Of a stretch of 64,000 bases of DNA, positions 27,479-40,079 are shown one piece after another. The number at the start of each line of letters is the position of its first letter. The first letter of the stretch is position 1. Position numbers and translations under genes: made by a program. Origin of the DNA: the human T2T-CHM13v2.0 reference genome, Homo sapiens; the NCBI RefSeq assembly GCF_009914755.1, contig NC_060930.1; one strand, written 5' to 3'. The notes beneath the pieces are model-generated. The model was given only the letters and a program-made list of their open reading frames with translations, was not told where the DNA came from and made no database searches.

Positions 27479-28975
27479 TGAGAGGTGACAGAGTGCTGGC
27501 AGTCCTCAGAGCCCTCGCTTGCTCTCGGCACCTCCCCTGCTTGGGCTCCCACTTTGGCGGCATTTGAGGAGCCCTTCAGCCCTCCCACTGCACTGTGGGA
27601 GCCACTTTCTGGGCTGGCCAAGGCTGGAGCCCACTCCCTCAGCTTGCAGGGAGGTGTGGAGGGAGAGGCGCGAGCTGGAACTGGGGCTGCGTGCGGCGCT
27701 TGCGGGCCAGCTGGAGTTCCGGGTGGGCGTGGGCTTGGCGGGCCCCGCACTCGGAGCAGCCGGCCAGTCCTGCCGGCCCCGGGCAATGAGGGACTTAGCA
27801 CCCGGGCCAGCGGCTGTGGAGGGTGTACTGGGTCCCCCAACAGTGCCAGCCCACCGGCGCTGCGCTCGATTTCTCACCGAGCCTTAGCTGCCTTCCCGCG
27901 GGGCATGGCTCGGGACCTGCAGCTCGCCATGCCTGAGCCTCCCACCCACTCCATGGGCTCCTGTGCGGCCCGAGCCTCCCAGACGAGCACCACCCCCTGC
28001 TCCAGGGCGCCCAGTCCCATCGACCACCTAAGGGCTGAGGAATGCAAGCGCACGGCGCAGGACTGGCAGGCAGCTCCACCTGCAGCCCCGGTGCGGGATC
28101 CACTAGGTGAAGCCACCTGGGCTCCTGAGTCTGGTGAGGACGTGGAGAGTCTTTATATCTAGCTCAGGGATTGTAAATACACCAATCAGTACCCTGTGTT
28201 TAGCTCAAGGTTTGTGAGTGCACCAATCGACACTCTGTGTCTAGCTGCTCTGGTGGGGCCTTGGAGAACCTGTGTGTGGAAACTCTGTATCTAACTATCT
28301 GTTGGGGACTTGGAGAACCTTTATGTCTAGCTCAAGGATTGTAAATACACCAATCGGCACTCTGTATCTAGCTTAAGGTTTGTAAACACACCAATCAGCA
28401 CCCTGTGTTTAGCTCAAGGTTTGTGAATGCACCAATCGACACTCTGTATCTAGCTGCTCTGGTGGGGCCTTGGAGAACCTGTGTGTGGAAACTCTGTATG
28501 GAACTAATCTGATAGGGACATGGAGAACCTTTGTATCTAGCTCAGGGATTGTAAACGCACCAATCAGTGCCCTGACAAAACAGGCCACTCGGCTCTACCA
28601 ATCAGCATGATGTGGGTGGGGCCAGATAAGAGAATAAAAGCAGGCTACCCCAACCAGCATTGGCAACCCGCTCGGGTCCCCTTCCACACTGTGGAAGCTT
28701 TGTTCTTTTGCTCTTTGCAATAAATCTTGCTACTGCTCACTCTTTGGGTCCACGCTGCTTTTATGAGCGGTAACACTCACTGCGAAGGTCTGCAGCTTGA
28801 CTCCTGAGCCAGCGAGACCACGAACCCACCAGAAGGAAGAAACTCCGAACACATCTGAACATCAGAAGGGACAGACTCCAGATGCGCCACCTTAAGAGCT
28901 GTAACACTCACCGCGAGGGTCCGCGGCTTCATTCTTGAAGTCAGTGAGACCAATAACCCACCAATTCCGGACATA
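27479..28975 (+). mobile_element. LTR12C (ERV9) solo LTR, 1497 bp
   Basis: Starts tgagaggtgacag, ends ccaattccggacata (terminal CA changed to TA); 4-bp TSD ATTG (27475-27478 / 28976-28979); CpG-rich U3 and tandem CCAAT repeats. Confidence 0.96.
28182..28724 (+). promoter_or_regulatory. ERV9 LTR enhancer/promoter
   Basis: Seven CCAATC boxes (28182-28603), AGATAAG at 28624, TATA-equivalent AATAAA at 28633-28638, and poly(A) signal AATAAA at 28719-28724. Confidence 0.8.
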
Positions 28976-29066
28976 ATTGTATGTATTTATGGGGTACAGT
29001 GTGATGTTTTGATACATGTATACAGTTTGTAATGATTAAATCAGGGTGGTTAGCATATTTGTCTAC

Positions 29067-29750
<684 letters not shown>

Positions 29751-30106
29751 GAAATATATTAATATATATTAATATAAAGAATATAAAATTATTCAAAGAA
29801 TAATTTGAAATAAAAGAACTTGGTTATAAAAATGAACAGATCTATAAAAGAGACACTGTAATAGATAAAAGTTCTTCATCTCATCTACATTTTACACTTA
29901 CTCAGTACCATCTCCTCATACCCCTTCCATATGGTACCTCTCCTAATGTAACCATAGTACTAAAATATAGAGGACTCTAGAATTGTAAATCCTCACGGTA
30001 GCAATTCACACCCCTTGGCTTGACAAGGCTATTCTTTTTAGCCCTCCCCAGGGGGTATTCTCTAAACATAAAGACTCATTCCTGTAAGGAATGCCTCTTC
30101 CCACAG

Positions 30107-33100
30107 GTCTCTGCTTTGTACTCTAATACTGGGGGACTTCAATCTACTTAAGGGAGAATGTCAACTCCTAATTGAGTGGAAGATATTTCTAGAAGTCTCA
30201 TAGAAAATGAGTTCTTAGTAAACAGATACCATTGCCAAACATGCATCTCCAGAGATCTCTGAAGTAGAGATTTTGATAGAGGCCTTAAAAATTCGTTCTT
30301 TGGGGAGGTAAGTGATATTTTTGATACCCAATAGATTCTTTTTATAGTTTGGTTTCAACTATGAAAAGTTATTTCAGGGTCACAGCAGACTTAATTGAAG
30401 ATAATAAGGGATGTTTATAATTAGATGAAAGGCCCCTGACTTCATTGGGTGCAACCTTTGTTAAACAGCAGTTTCCTGTGTACAAATAGCTTGGAAATTG
30501 GAAATTATTCAGGAAATTGCTCAAAAATTACAGAATGGCTTAACATTTTAATGTCAAGTTTAAACAGTTGTACTGGAGACATACAAAACTCTGAGGTCAA
30601 TTCTGAGTTGCACAATTGAGTTATATACCTCAGCATCTAGAATCTATTCTACTACAGGAGGTTGAAAGTTTAATCATAAAGATTAGGAAGAAAGATTAAA
30701 GAATAATTTGAAATAAAAGAACTTGGTTATAAAAATGAACAGATCTATAAAAGAGACACTGTAGTAGATAAAAGTTCTTCAAATCCTATATTTCAGAGGC
30801 AAAAATGGCCTGTAACTGTTGAGTGAAGACAGGATTATCAGAAATTCTGGAAAGATTTGAGTCAACATTACTGAATTAGGCATGGTAAATCTCAAGTGAG
30901 CTCTGGACCATGGACAACTTTAAATGGCAGACACAAACATGACTTTAATCGCTCAATTATAAAGCAAATATTTTTTCTAATTTTAGACAGGTAACATCTA
31001 TTTGTTTTAATATAAGTATACTTATTTCAAGGGAAATAACTCATATGTGAATTCTGACATACATTTTCAAACATAAAGAATATAAAAGACAAGCAGAGAA
31101 AACCAGAAATCCTAGTTCAAGAACTAAGATGCTCCTGTGCTGTAAACTATAAAATTAATGTTTCAGAAAGCTCATTTATACCCTCTTTCCATAAAAAAAT
31201 TAAGCTACTTTTCAGCTTCTATATAAAATAGTGGATGTTCAGTTTTAGAATTACACCTGGTATTAGGAGATAAATGGAAAGAAATATAAATCTGGCTTTG
31301 GCTCAGGGTTTATTCCCAACATCTTTTACATCTTCATCTTGTGTCTTTTTTATCTTCAGCTTATGGGAGGAGAGTAAAAAATTCTCAGAAAAAAATAAAA
31401 AGGTTTGTTAATTTCTCCAAAACATATTGGACTATAGTAGCTTTAACAGCATGGATAATCTTGCAAATATTCCTAACATCATTCTTTGCATGACCTAATC
31501 AAAGAACTGCTGACATTTTGAGACAAATAATACTGAGACTAGCTTCCAAATTTACTTGTTCTCATATTTTCAGAATTCCAATGGATATGTTTTTGTGTCT
31601 GGGGGTATTACTGAAATGCTTTCATTATCTGTAACCCAACTGTCTTTTAGGTGGGGTGGGTTCTGCCAAATGAAAATCATTGATGAATCTGATTATGCAA
31701 ATTTTAGGTGTAGAAATGAGAGAGATGTAAATAGCTACCAAAGGAGAATTGACAAGTCTGAGCAGAAGAAGCACAGATATCAAAAGGCAAAGGAGGAGGA
31801 AGACTTGGTGAGATAGTAAAAGTCCACACACTCAAATGAGAATCTCTTTCTAAACCTTCAACAAGGATTATTAATCTCACAAAAGTATATATTGATTTTT
31901 TACAGGAAAAACAAAAGGTAGCGACTAAGTTGTCTGAGTCTGATCTGACATGAACAAAACAAACCAAGGTATGAGGGATCTTCAAAAAGTTCATGGAAAA
32001 ATGAAATTAAACAAAAAATAAGAAATATCAACTTTATTTTTCAATCTAAGCTCCATCACGTTCAAGACACTTTTGTAAGCAATGACACCGACATTTCGTC
32101 CATCCCTAAAGAAGTGAGGATCCTGGGAATTTAACCACATCAATGCAGCCTTTTTTACACTATTAACTGAAGAAAAATGGATGCCCTTTACAGATTTTTT
32201 AAATTAGGGGGAAAAAAAAGTTGCAGCCAAATCAGGACTATAAGGTGGATGCCTATTTAACATCGAAACTCTCAAACTTGCCCTTGTTTGATGAGAGCAC
32301 TGAGCAGGAGCATTGTTGTTGTAGAGGACTCTCTCATGAAGTTTCCCAGGCATTTTTCTGCTAAAGCTTTGACTTTCTCAAAACACTCTCATAATGAGCA
32401 AGACATTATTGTTCTTTGGCCCTCCAGAATATTCCGAAGCAAAATGCCTTGAGTATCCCAAAACACCGTTGCCACGACCTTTGCTCTTGACCAGTCCATT
32501 TTTGCTTCGATTGGGCCCTTTCCACCTCTCAGTAGCCATTGCTTTGATTGTGTTTTGTATTTAGGATCATACTGGTAAGGTCATGTTTCATCTCCTGTTA
32601 ACAATTCGAAGAAATGCTTCAGAATCTTGATCTGCTTGTTTCAAAATTCCAGTGAAAGCTCTGCTCTTGTCTGCAGCTGATCTGGGCACAATGGTTTTGA
32701 TACTCACTGACTGAAAAGTTTGCTCACTTTTAATTTTTCAGCCAGAATTGTGTAAGCTGAACCAATTGAGATGTCTAGGGTGTTGGCTATTGTTTCTATT
32801 GTTAACAATTGGTCCTCTTCAATTAGGGCACAAATTTTTTTTCCTTGCAAATTGTTGTGGGTGGTCTGCTGCTGCACGCTTCATCTTCAACATCACTATT
32901 CCCTTCTTAAAACAAGCAGTCTATTTGTAAATTGCTGGTTTCTTTGGGGCTTTGTCCCCAGAAACTTTTCAAAAAGCATCAGTGATTTCACTGTTCTTCC
33001 ACCCAAGCTTTACCATCAATAGATGTTTGTTCTTAATTTTAGCAGAACTCATGTTGCTCTGATAGAGACTCTTTGTAAACTAATGTCTTATCCTTCTTAG

Positions 33101-33690
33101 TATCTCAAACTATATCCTGTTCAGATACATTATAACAGGTTAGTATGAGTTTATTTTGGTGCAAAAAAGTTTTGAAGTCCATGCACAGTTTTTTTCTTAA
33201 TAAACATCTTCCGTGAATCTTTGAAGACTCACATATATGAGTTAAGGAGCCTGGCACAGAAGAGTGGGAGAACACCAAGATATTAGCAGATATGATAGAA
33301 GGGCATTGAACTTCCAAGGGAAATCTGAAGATATCTAAGTTTCAGAGAGTAAAGAGGGCTCCAAATGACTTTTGAGTTACAAAACATTTGGAGATATGTA
33401 TGCAACTTTATGCTTCAAAAAAATTAAAATCACTTCTAGTTTATTTGTAGGACATATGGAAGAAAAGCAGAGCTGAAAATTTATAACTAATTTTTTCACC
33501 TTGTTCTGATAACTTCTAGAATCACTGTGAGGAAGTACAGTTCTCACTATTTTTCTTCCTTAGAACTATAGACTTAAAGGAATATTTTACCTGTAATGAC
33601 AATATATGCCTAACAAGTGCGATCTTTTCTCCAAAAATAAAGTTGGTGTAGATCACATAGAACCTGAAAATATAAAGAAAGTAAACAGAT
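30107..33690 (+). pseudogene. Candidate decayed multi-exon gene segment (unidentified)
   Basis: Cluster of AG/GT-bounded, phase-compatible segments separated by ~100-nt introns, with protein-like frames containing scattered stops or frameshifts (see findings). Not matched to any known protein. Confidence 0.35.
31972..33233 (-). mobile_element. Hsmar2 mariner, full length, inactive transposase
   Basis: TIRs tgagggatcttcaaaaagttcatggaaaa / catcttccgtgaatctttgaagactcaca; TA TSDs at 31970-31971 and 33234-33235; minus-strand ATG at 33052 (MSSAKI), TGDET* and HPPYSPDL motifs; frameshifted. Confidence 0.95.
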
Positions 33691-33949
33691 ATCTATGGAA
33701 ATGTCAACTCTTATTTTATTTTAGTTTAGTTTAGTTTGGTTTTGATTTTGCTTCAAAGAATTGCCTAAAGGAACACGTTTACATGTAACACCGAAGTCAG
33801 TTTCGGTTACATGTAACACCGAAGGCAGAGTAAACTAAATGTTTAGCAAACAAAAGAACTTCTGAGGGTAGAAAAATAAAAAGAATAATATTATAAGAAT
33901 GCCTTTCTTCTATATATAGGAAATATTTTTCTTGTCCAGTTTTTAAAAA

Positions 33950-35480
33950 GCAGAGGGAAGACTACATCAGGAGAGCAGATCAGCTCTAAGAGTACTTAGC
34001 CCTTCCTGCAGAAATCTTCACCCTCTCAGCTCTTATGGCTCTGAAGACCAACCCTTCCATTCTTGCCTCAGGAACCTAAGGGTTTTGGGGTTTAGCAGAT
34101 TTTTTTATGTCAGTCTCGAAAGGGAGGAATCAGATTTTCAAAGTTATCACATATTATTTTAAATATCCAATTACAACAAACAATGTATGAGGCATGTGCT
34201 GGGTGAGGAGTCAGAGCCGCAGCAACGTGAAGTGATCAGCTTACAGGTAGTAAGAAGAATTTACTGACAATAGTATAGGTTGGAAATCCTTTTATTAGAT
34301 AGGATTGAAGTCTATTATTAGATAGAAAGAATGCTGCAGAAGAGTGCAGTGGGAAGCCTCAGCAAGAGAGGACTGACTGAACATGCCATGGTGGATTTTC
34401 CCTTATGGGTATTTATGGACCTTAAAGCAGGAGCTTAAGGATAATTTGAACCATATAGGCCATGTAGGTCATGATAAATGATTACATTTATAGACATTTT
34501 CGTGCCTTAATATTAGCAAGCGTTGCAGAATGAGTTTCAATATGAATGCATTCCAGAGATGTATAGACATTCTAGTTATTTATAAATTTTAGGAAAGAAG
34601 CCTAGTAGCAGATGCTGGCTTTGGATAATAGGGAAGTCTAATTACTTATAAATTCCTCAGATAAGGAATTTTGCCTCTGGACGGTCTGCTTGATGGCCAC
34701 CAAGTGATCTTGGCTCTCCTCTGTATGTAAAGAAACTAGAAACTATGGTTCATACGTAGGAAAAAAACGTGGCCATTAGAAACTGTCTCTAAGGAAGTCC
34801 AGACAATGATTTCCTAGGTGAAGTCTTTGAATCAGCTATTGCAAATATGTTCAAAGAAGTAAAGTAAACCATGTCTTAATAACTAAAGGAAAGCATGAGA
34901 GTGATATCTCACCAAATAGAGAACACCAGTACAGAGTCAGAAACTATAAAAAAGAACTAAATAAAAATTTTGAAGTTAAAAAGTAAAATAATTCAAATGA
35001 AAATTTCACCAGGTAGTCTCAACAGCCTATTTGAACTGGCGGAATAAACCATTGGTAAATTCAAATATAGGCAGTTCAAATTATCTAGCCTTAGAAACAG
35101 AAATAAAAACTAAAGGAAAGGAAATGAATATAGCCTCAGAGACCTGTGGGACATCATCAAGTGTATCAATATACAAATAATGGAAGTCCTAGAGGGAGAG
35201 GAAAGAAAGAACAAATAACATATTTGAAGAAATAATGGCCAAAAGCTTCCCAAGATTTATGAAAAGATTCATTTATATGTGTAAGAAGCTTCGTAAATTC
35301 CACATAGGATAAACTCACAGAGATCTATACATCATAATCTAAATGAGACCGTGAAAGCTGTGAGAGAGAAGCAATCTATCAGGTACAAGGGATCCATAAG
35401 ATCAGCAGCTGATTTCCCAGCAGAAAACATGGAGGCCAGAAGGCAGTGAGATTACATATTCAAAGCGCAGGAAGGGAGAA
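33950..35480 (+). mobile_element. Old L1 5'/ORF1 region (interrupted by an LTR)
   Basis: 'atatgttcaaagaa', 'gcctcagagacctgtgggacatcatcaag', 'tatttgaagaaataatggcc', 'ggaggccagaaggcagtg'. Confidence 0.75.
34195..34721 (-). mobile_element. ERV1-class (MER4-group-like) solo LTR
   Basis: Ends 'aattcctcagataagga...gatggccaccaagtgatcttggctctcctc', an ERV1 LTR terminus in antisense. Subfamily not resolved. Confidence 0.6.
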
Positions 35481-35984
35481 AGGTAGGCTGTCATTATCTT
35501 ATATTTCTCTGAGTCCCAGAACTGCCATCATCTTGGTGAGGATTCTTTGCCTCATCCTTGATTCTTCAGTTCAGAAATCATTTTTATCTTTTTCCCCCAC
35601 CCCCATCCATTTGCCTTAACTCTGATAGGGTAAAACTGGAAAAAATAAGGCAATGACTTCAAACAATTGGAATTAATGAGAGGCTCAAGTAATATGCACA
35701 CATGCAAGAATAGTAGAACTAACTAAAAACAGAGAAAGTAAAAAGATTAGTGATGATGTTGCTGAAATATGAAAAGAGACAAGGTTCTGAGTCAGATGAA
35801 TTTTTACATTTTGATTCTTCATTTCTGTTTTTCTCCCAAGGAGAAGTCCTATTACTCTCTCCTGAATTTTAAGAGATTAATAAAGATTCTAATGGATCCT
35901 GAAGTTCAGGATCAGCAGAAAGTTTCGAAGGGGATTTTCCAGGTGGGAAGAAAGTATGCAGAACAGAAAGAGATGGAACAGTCA

Positions 35985-36642
35985 AAAGACAAGTGTTGGT
36001 GAAGATGTGGAGAAACTGGAACCCTTGCACACTGCTGGTGGGAATGCAAAATAATGCAGTTGCTATAAAAAACACAGTATGGATATTCCTCAAAAAATTA
36101 AAAATAGAATGATTATATAATCCAGCAATCCCATTTCTGCATATTTATCTAAAAGATTGAAATTTAGATCTTTAAGAGATGTTAGCACTCATGTTTTATT
36201 GCAGGTCTATTCACAATAGCCAAGATGTGGAAACAACCTATTATGCCCATCAACAGATGACTGGATAAAAAAATTGTGGGATAATATACACAATGGAATA
36301 CTACTCAACCTTTAAAAAAAAGGAAATTCTTCAATACACACAACACGGATGAATCCTGAGAACATGATGCTAAGTTAAATAAGCCAGTCACAGAAAGACA
36401 AATGCTGCTTGATTCCACTTGTATGAGGTATCTAAAATAGTGAAATTCATAGTATCAGAGTGCAATGATGGTTACTGGGAGCTGGGGATGGGGGAGAGGA
36501 AACGGTGAGTTAAAATTTCAGTCAAGCCAAATAAATAAACTCTAGAGATCTGCTGAACAACATTGTACCTGTATTCAACAATTATGTATTATGCACTTAA
36601 AATTTTAAGAAGGTGTAGTTTCTTACCACACTAAAAAAAAAA
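35985..36642 (+). mobile_element. L1MB-like 3' end
   Basis: 'gtgttggtgaagatgtggagaaactggaaccc...aataagccagtcacagaaagacaaatg...ttcttaccac'. Confidence 0.88.
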
Positions 36643-37013
36643 GAGAGAGAGAGAGATGAGACAACGAAGAGGAACTTTGCCTGCTTTAGTATTAAGCTAA
36701 AAGTCAATTCTACTCCAAAGACTCTTTAATCTATGTCACTAGGATGCATATCTCTGTACTAAATCCTTTTAGGGGAATTAAAGCAAATAGTGGCTCTTTC
36801 AGATGGCTGTTATCAAATATCTTTTATTATAAAGATAGAAATTTGAGTACCTAATTTGGGAACTTAAAATTTTCATAAAACTTTTCAATAATTTTTTACT
36901 AAATACATAGTTATGATTCTGTCCTCACCAAAAATAAGAATGCTCCTCAGGGCACTCAACGCAAGTATAAAAGATATCTATAAGTAAATAACTACCAAAA
37001 GATTACATTATAA

Positions 37014-37300
37014 TTTTTTTTGAGATGGATTCTCATTCTGTTGCCCAGGCTGGAATGCAATGGTGCGACCTTGGCTCACTAGAACCTTCACCTCCCGACT
37101 CAAGAGAGCCTCCTGCCTCAGCCTCCAAGTTGCTGGGACTATAGATGCATGCCACCACACCTGGGCTAATTTTTGTATTTTTTGATAGAAAAGGGGTCTC
37201 ACTATGTTGTCCAGGCTGGTCTTAAGCTCTTGACTTCAAGCAGTCCTCCTGCCTCAGCCTCCCTAAATGCTGGGATTACACAAATGAGCCACTGCGCCCT
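37014..37300 (-). mobile_element. AluJ
   Basis: Antisense Alu; TSD tacattataatttt / tacagtataatttt. Confidence 0.9.
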
Positions 37301-37571
37301 ACTACAGTATAATTTTAATAAAGGATTAAACCTCATATAAACTTTATCATTTAGAGGATATTTACCTAAAATCAGTGCTTAAATATACTAAGAAAATGTA
37401 GCCTGAATACCATGATGGGGCAAAGAGAGTGAGTGAGTGATTGATTTTTCTTGAATTAGGACAATTCAAGTTTTTAAAAAATGTTACTCAACATCTGAGG
37501 CATTCAAAAAGATGCATAAATAACAATAAAATATATACCCATGATTCCCTCAACTTATAAAGCCTTTTATT

Positions 37572-38217
37572 TATTTTTTTAAATTTTTTTTATTATTATT
37601 ATACTTTAAGTTTTAGGGTACATGTGCACAATGTGCAGGTTAGTTATATATGTATACATGTGCCATGCTAGTGCGCTGCACCCACTAACTCGTCATCTAG
37701 CATTAGGTATATCTCCCAATGCTATCCCTCCACCCTCCCCCCACCCCACAACAGTCCCCAGAGTGTGATGTTCCCCTTCCTGTGTCCATGTGTTCTCATT
37801 GTTCAGTTCCCACCTATGAGTGAGAATATGTGGTGTTTGGTTTTTTGTTCTTGCGATAGTTTACTGAGAATGATGATTTCCAGTTTCATCCATGTCCCTA
37901 CAAACTACATGAACTCATCATTTTTATGGCTGCATAGTATTCCATGGTGTATATGTGCCACATTTTCTTAATCCAGTCTATCACTGTTGGACATTTGGGT
38001 TGGTTCCAAGTCTTTGCTATTGTGAATAGTGCCGCAATAAACATACGTGTGCATGTGTCTTTATAGCAGCATGATTTATAGTCCTTTGGGTATATACCCA
38101 GTAATGGGATGGCTGGGTCAAATGGTATTTCTAGTTCTAGATCCCTGAGGAATCGCCACACTGACTTCCACAATGGTTGAACTAGTTTACAGTCCCACCA
38201 ACAGTGTAAAAAAAAAA
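37572..38217 (-). mobile_element. L1PA3-like 5'-truncated L1 (~645 bp)
   Basis: Near-consensus ORF2 end (LELEIPFDPAIPLLGIYPKDYKSCCYKDTCTRMF); 'cactaactcgtcatctagcattagg'; 15-bp TSD ataaagccttttatt (37557-37571 / 38218-38232). Confidence 0.95.
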
Positions 38218-38991
38218 ATAAAGCCTTTTATTAACACTCCTCTGTGAAGCCTGCTATGCACCTATTCCTGCTATGAATCATTCTGTCACCAAAGGCAACC
38301 ACTGTCCTGAATTCATTGTTTTTCATTCCTATATCTTTAATATTTAAGTTGTTTTCATGTTTTTAAATGGTATATAAATATTTTATACCATACATATTTT
38401 GGCAACTATTATTTTACTCTATGTTGGAGATATCCATGCATATAGGATAATGTAGCTCTAGTTCACGTTCCCTGCTACATAGTTCGGTTGAATGTACGTG
38501 TTCATTTATTCAGTCACCAATTATTCATTGAGTATCTATAATGCATTGTTTAGGTGCTAGGGATATATCACCCAGCTTTTCTAAATTTTACATTCTCGTT
38601 ACAGTCTATGTGCCGGTGTCCCCACAAAATCCTAATCCCCAAGATGATGGTGTTTGACAGTAAGACTTTTGAGAGTTTCCTACCTAGGGTATTTCATGTA
38701 TCAGCAGGTTGGTGAGGAGGAGTCATTTTATAGGTGTAGAGGGTCTTATTTAATACTCTGAAATCAAAAGAATAGTGGGTAGTTTATTTATTTGTTCACT
38801 TCTTTATTCACAGCTGTAATCCCAAGCCATCTCTAAGTATGTTCATTCTGGAGTCCAGACATTCTGAAAACCAAATGGAAGAAAAGGAGCCAAGGTGACT
38901 AAGAAGGATCAGCCAGAAAGGAATGAGGAAAAGCAGGAGTGCCCAGAACCTCAAAAGCTGAGAGAAAGTGAACTTCAAAGAACAGAAGTGC

Positions 38992-39700
38992 ATCTGGGTA
39001 GATATCCTAAAGACTTGAAATCAGTATGTGGAAGAGGCATCTGCATTGCTATGTTCATTGCAGCATTATTCACAATAACCCAGATGTTGAATCAACCTAA
39101 GTGTCTATCCATAGATGAATGAATGAAGGAAATATGATCTGTATACATAATGAAATACTATTCAGCCATAAAAAAGAGTGAAATCCTGTCAGTTGCATCA
39201 TGGAACTGAAGGACATAATGGAATACTATTTAGCCTGAAAACAGAATTCATACTCCAAGCCCCACAATACGCAATATACCTTTGTAACAAGCCTGTACAT
39301 GTACCCCTGATTCTAAAATAAAACCTGAATAAGAAGAAGAAAATCCTGTCATTTTTTGACAACATGACTAAATGGCTGAACCTGGAGGACATTTTGATAA
39401 GTGAAATAAGCGAATCACAGAAAGACAAAAGCCATGTTTTCACTTATACGTGGAATTTGAAACAAACTCATAATAGCAGCAAGTAGAATGGTGGTTGCAG
39501 AGGCTGGGAGTGGAAGGCATGGGGAGGTGATCCAAGGCTAGAAAGTTGTGGTTAGACAGGAGGAATAGATGATGGGTATTTAAGGGGATGGATATGTTAA
39601 TTAGCTTGATTCAATCATCCCATGCTATATACATACATCTTAACATCACTGTGTGACATATAATTATGCATGGTTAAAATGTGTCAAAAAATAAAATATA
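38992..39700 (+). mobile_element. L1MA 3' end with a nested ~80-bp L1PB-like tail (39249-39323)
   Basis: L1MA 3' motifs; inner 'aatatacctttgtaacaagcctgtacatgtacccctgattctaaaataaaa'. Confidence 0.8.
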
Positions 39701-40079
39701 ATAAGTCTGAAGCAAATCAAAAAAATTAAAAAGATGATATGGTCTATTTTATAGCTGTGCCATACTATCTTTAGCTAGTTCTCTATTGCCCCAATTTTAC
39801 TATTTTAAATCAATCTGTGTATGAACAACAACAAAAGACAAAAGTGGAGAGTGGGGTCAATGGTGCTCAGAATCAAATAAAATGATGACAGTGTTCACTG
39901 AATTGAGCAACGTGGAAGTCATTCTTGACCTTAGAAAAAGCTTATACAGACATTTTTGGGCAGAAGGCAATTGGCAATGGATTAAGGTGAGTATGGGATA
40001 TATTACAGAGGGCACTTTTACTGTGGGCTACTGTTCCCAGTGATTTAACTAACAGAAGAGGTTTATAATGGTAGGCAGA

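Larger units (their letters stand above)
27447..29066 (-). mobile_element. L1MA 3' tip split by LTR12C (27447-27478 and 28976-29066)
   Basis: 'ttcaattgacgaatgattg' rejoins 'tatgtatttatggggtacagtgtgatgttttgatacatg' when the LTR is removed. Confidence 0.75.

Noticed and set aside
27485-28162. 225-aa ORF and overlapping 80-132-aa ORFs
   Set aside because: All lie in the GC-rich U3 of LTR12C, where stops are rare in every frame, and upstream of the LTR TSS; not a gene.
28160-28603. Regularly spaced repeats resembling a CRISPR array
   Set aside because: Normal ERV9 U3 tandem CCAAT subrepeats; the spacers are themselves repeated, there are no cas genes, and the context is eukaryotic.
32035-33052. 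Hsmar2 transposase as a functional CDS
   Set aside because: Frameshifts and stops, including TGDET* in place of TGDETW.
37898-38173. L1 ORF2 C-terminal peptide ORFs (also at 11315, 54120, 54924)
   Set aside because: 5'-truncated L1 fragments with no promoter or full ORF.
38814-38990. Strong acceptor followed by an E/K-rich frame
   Set aside because: Most of the purine-rich part matches antisense L2 sequence, so it was not counted as support for the pseudogene.
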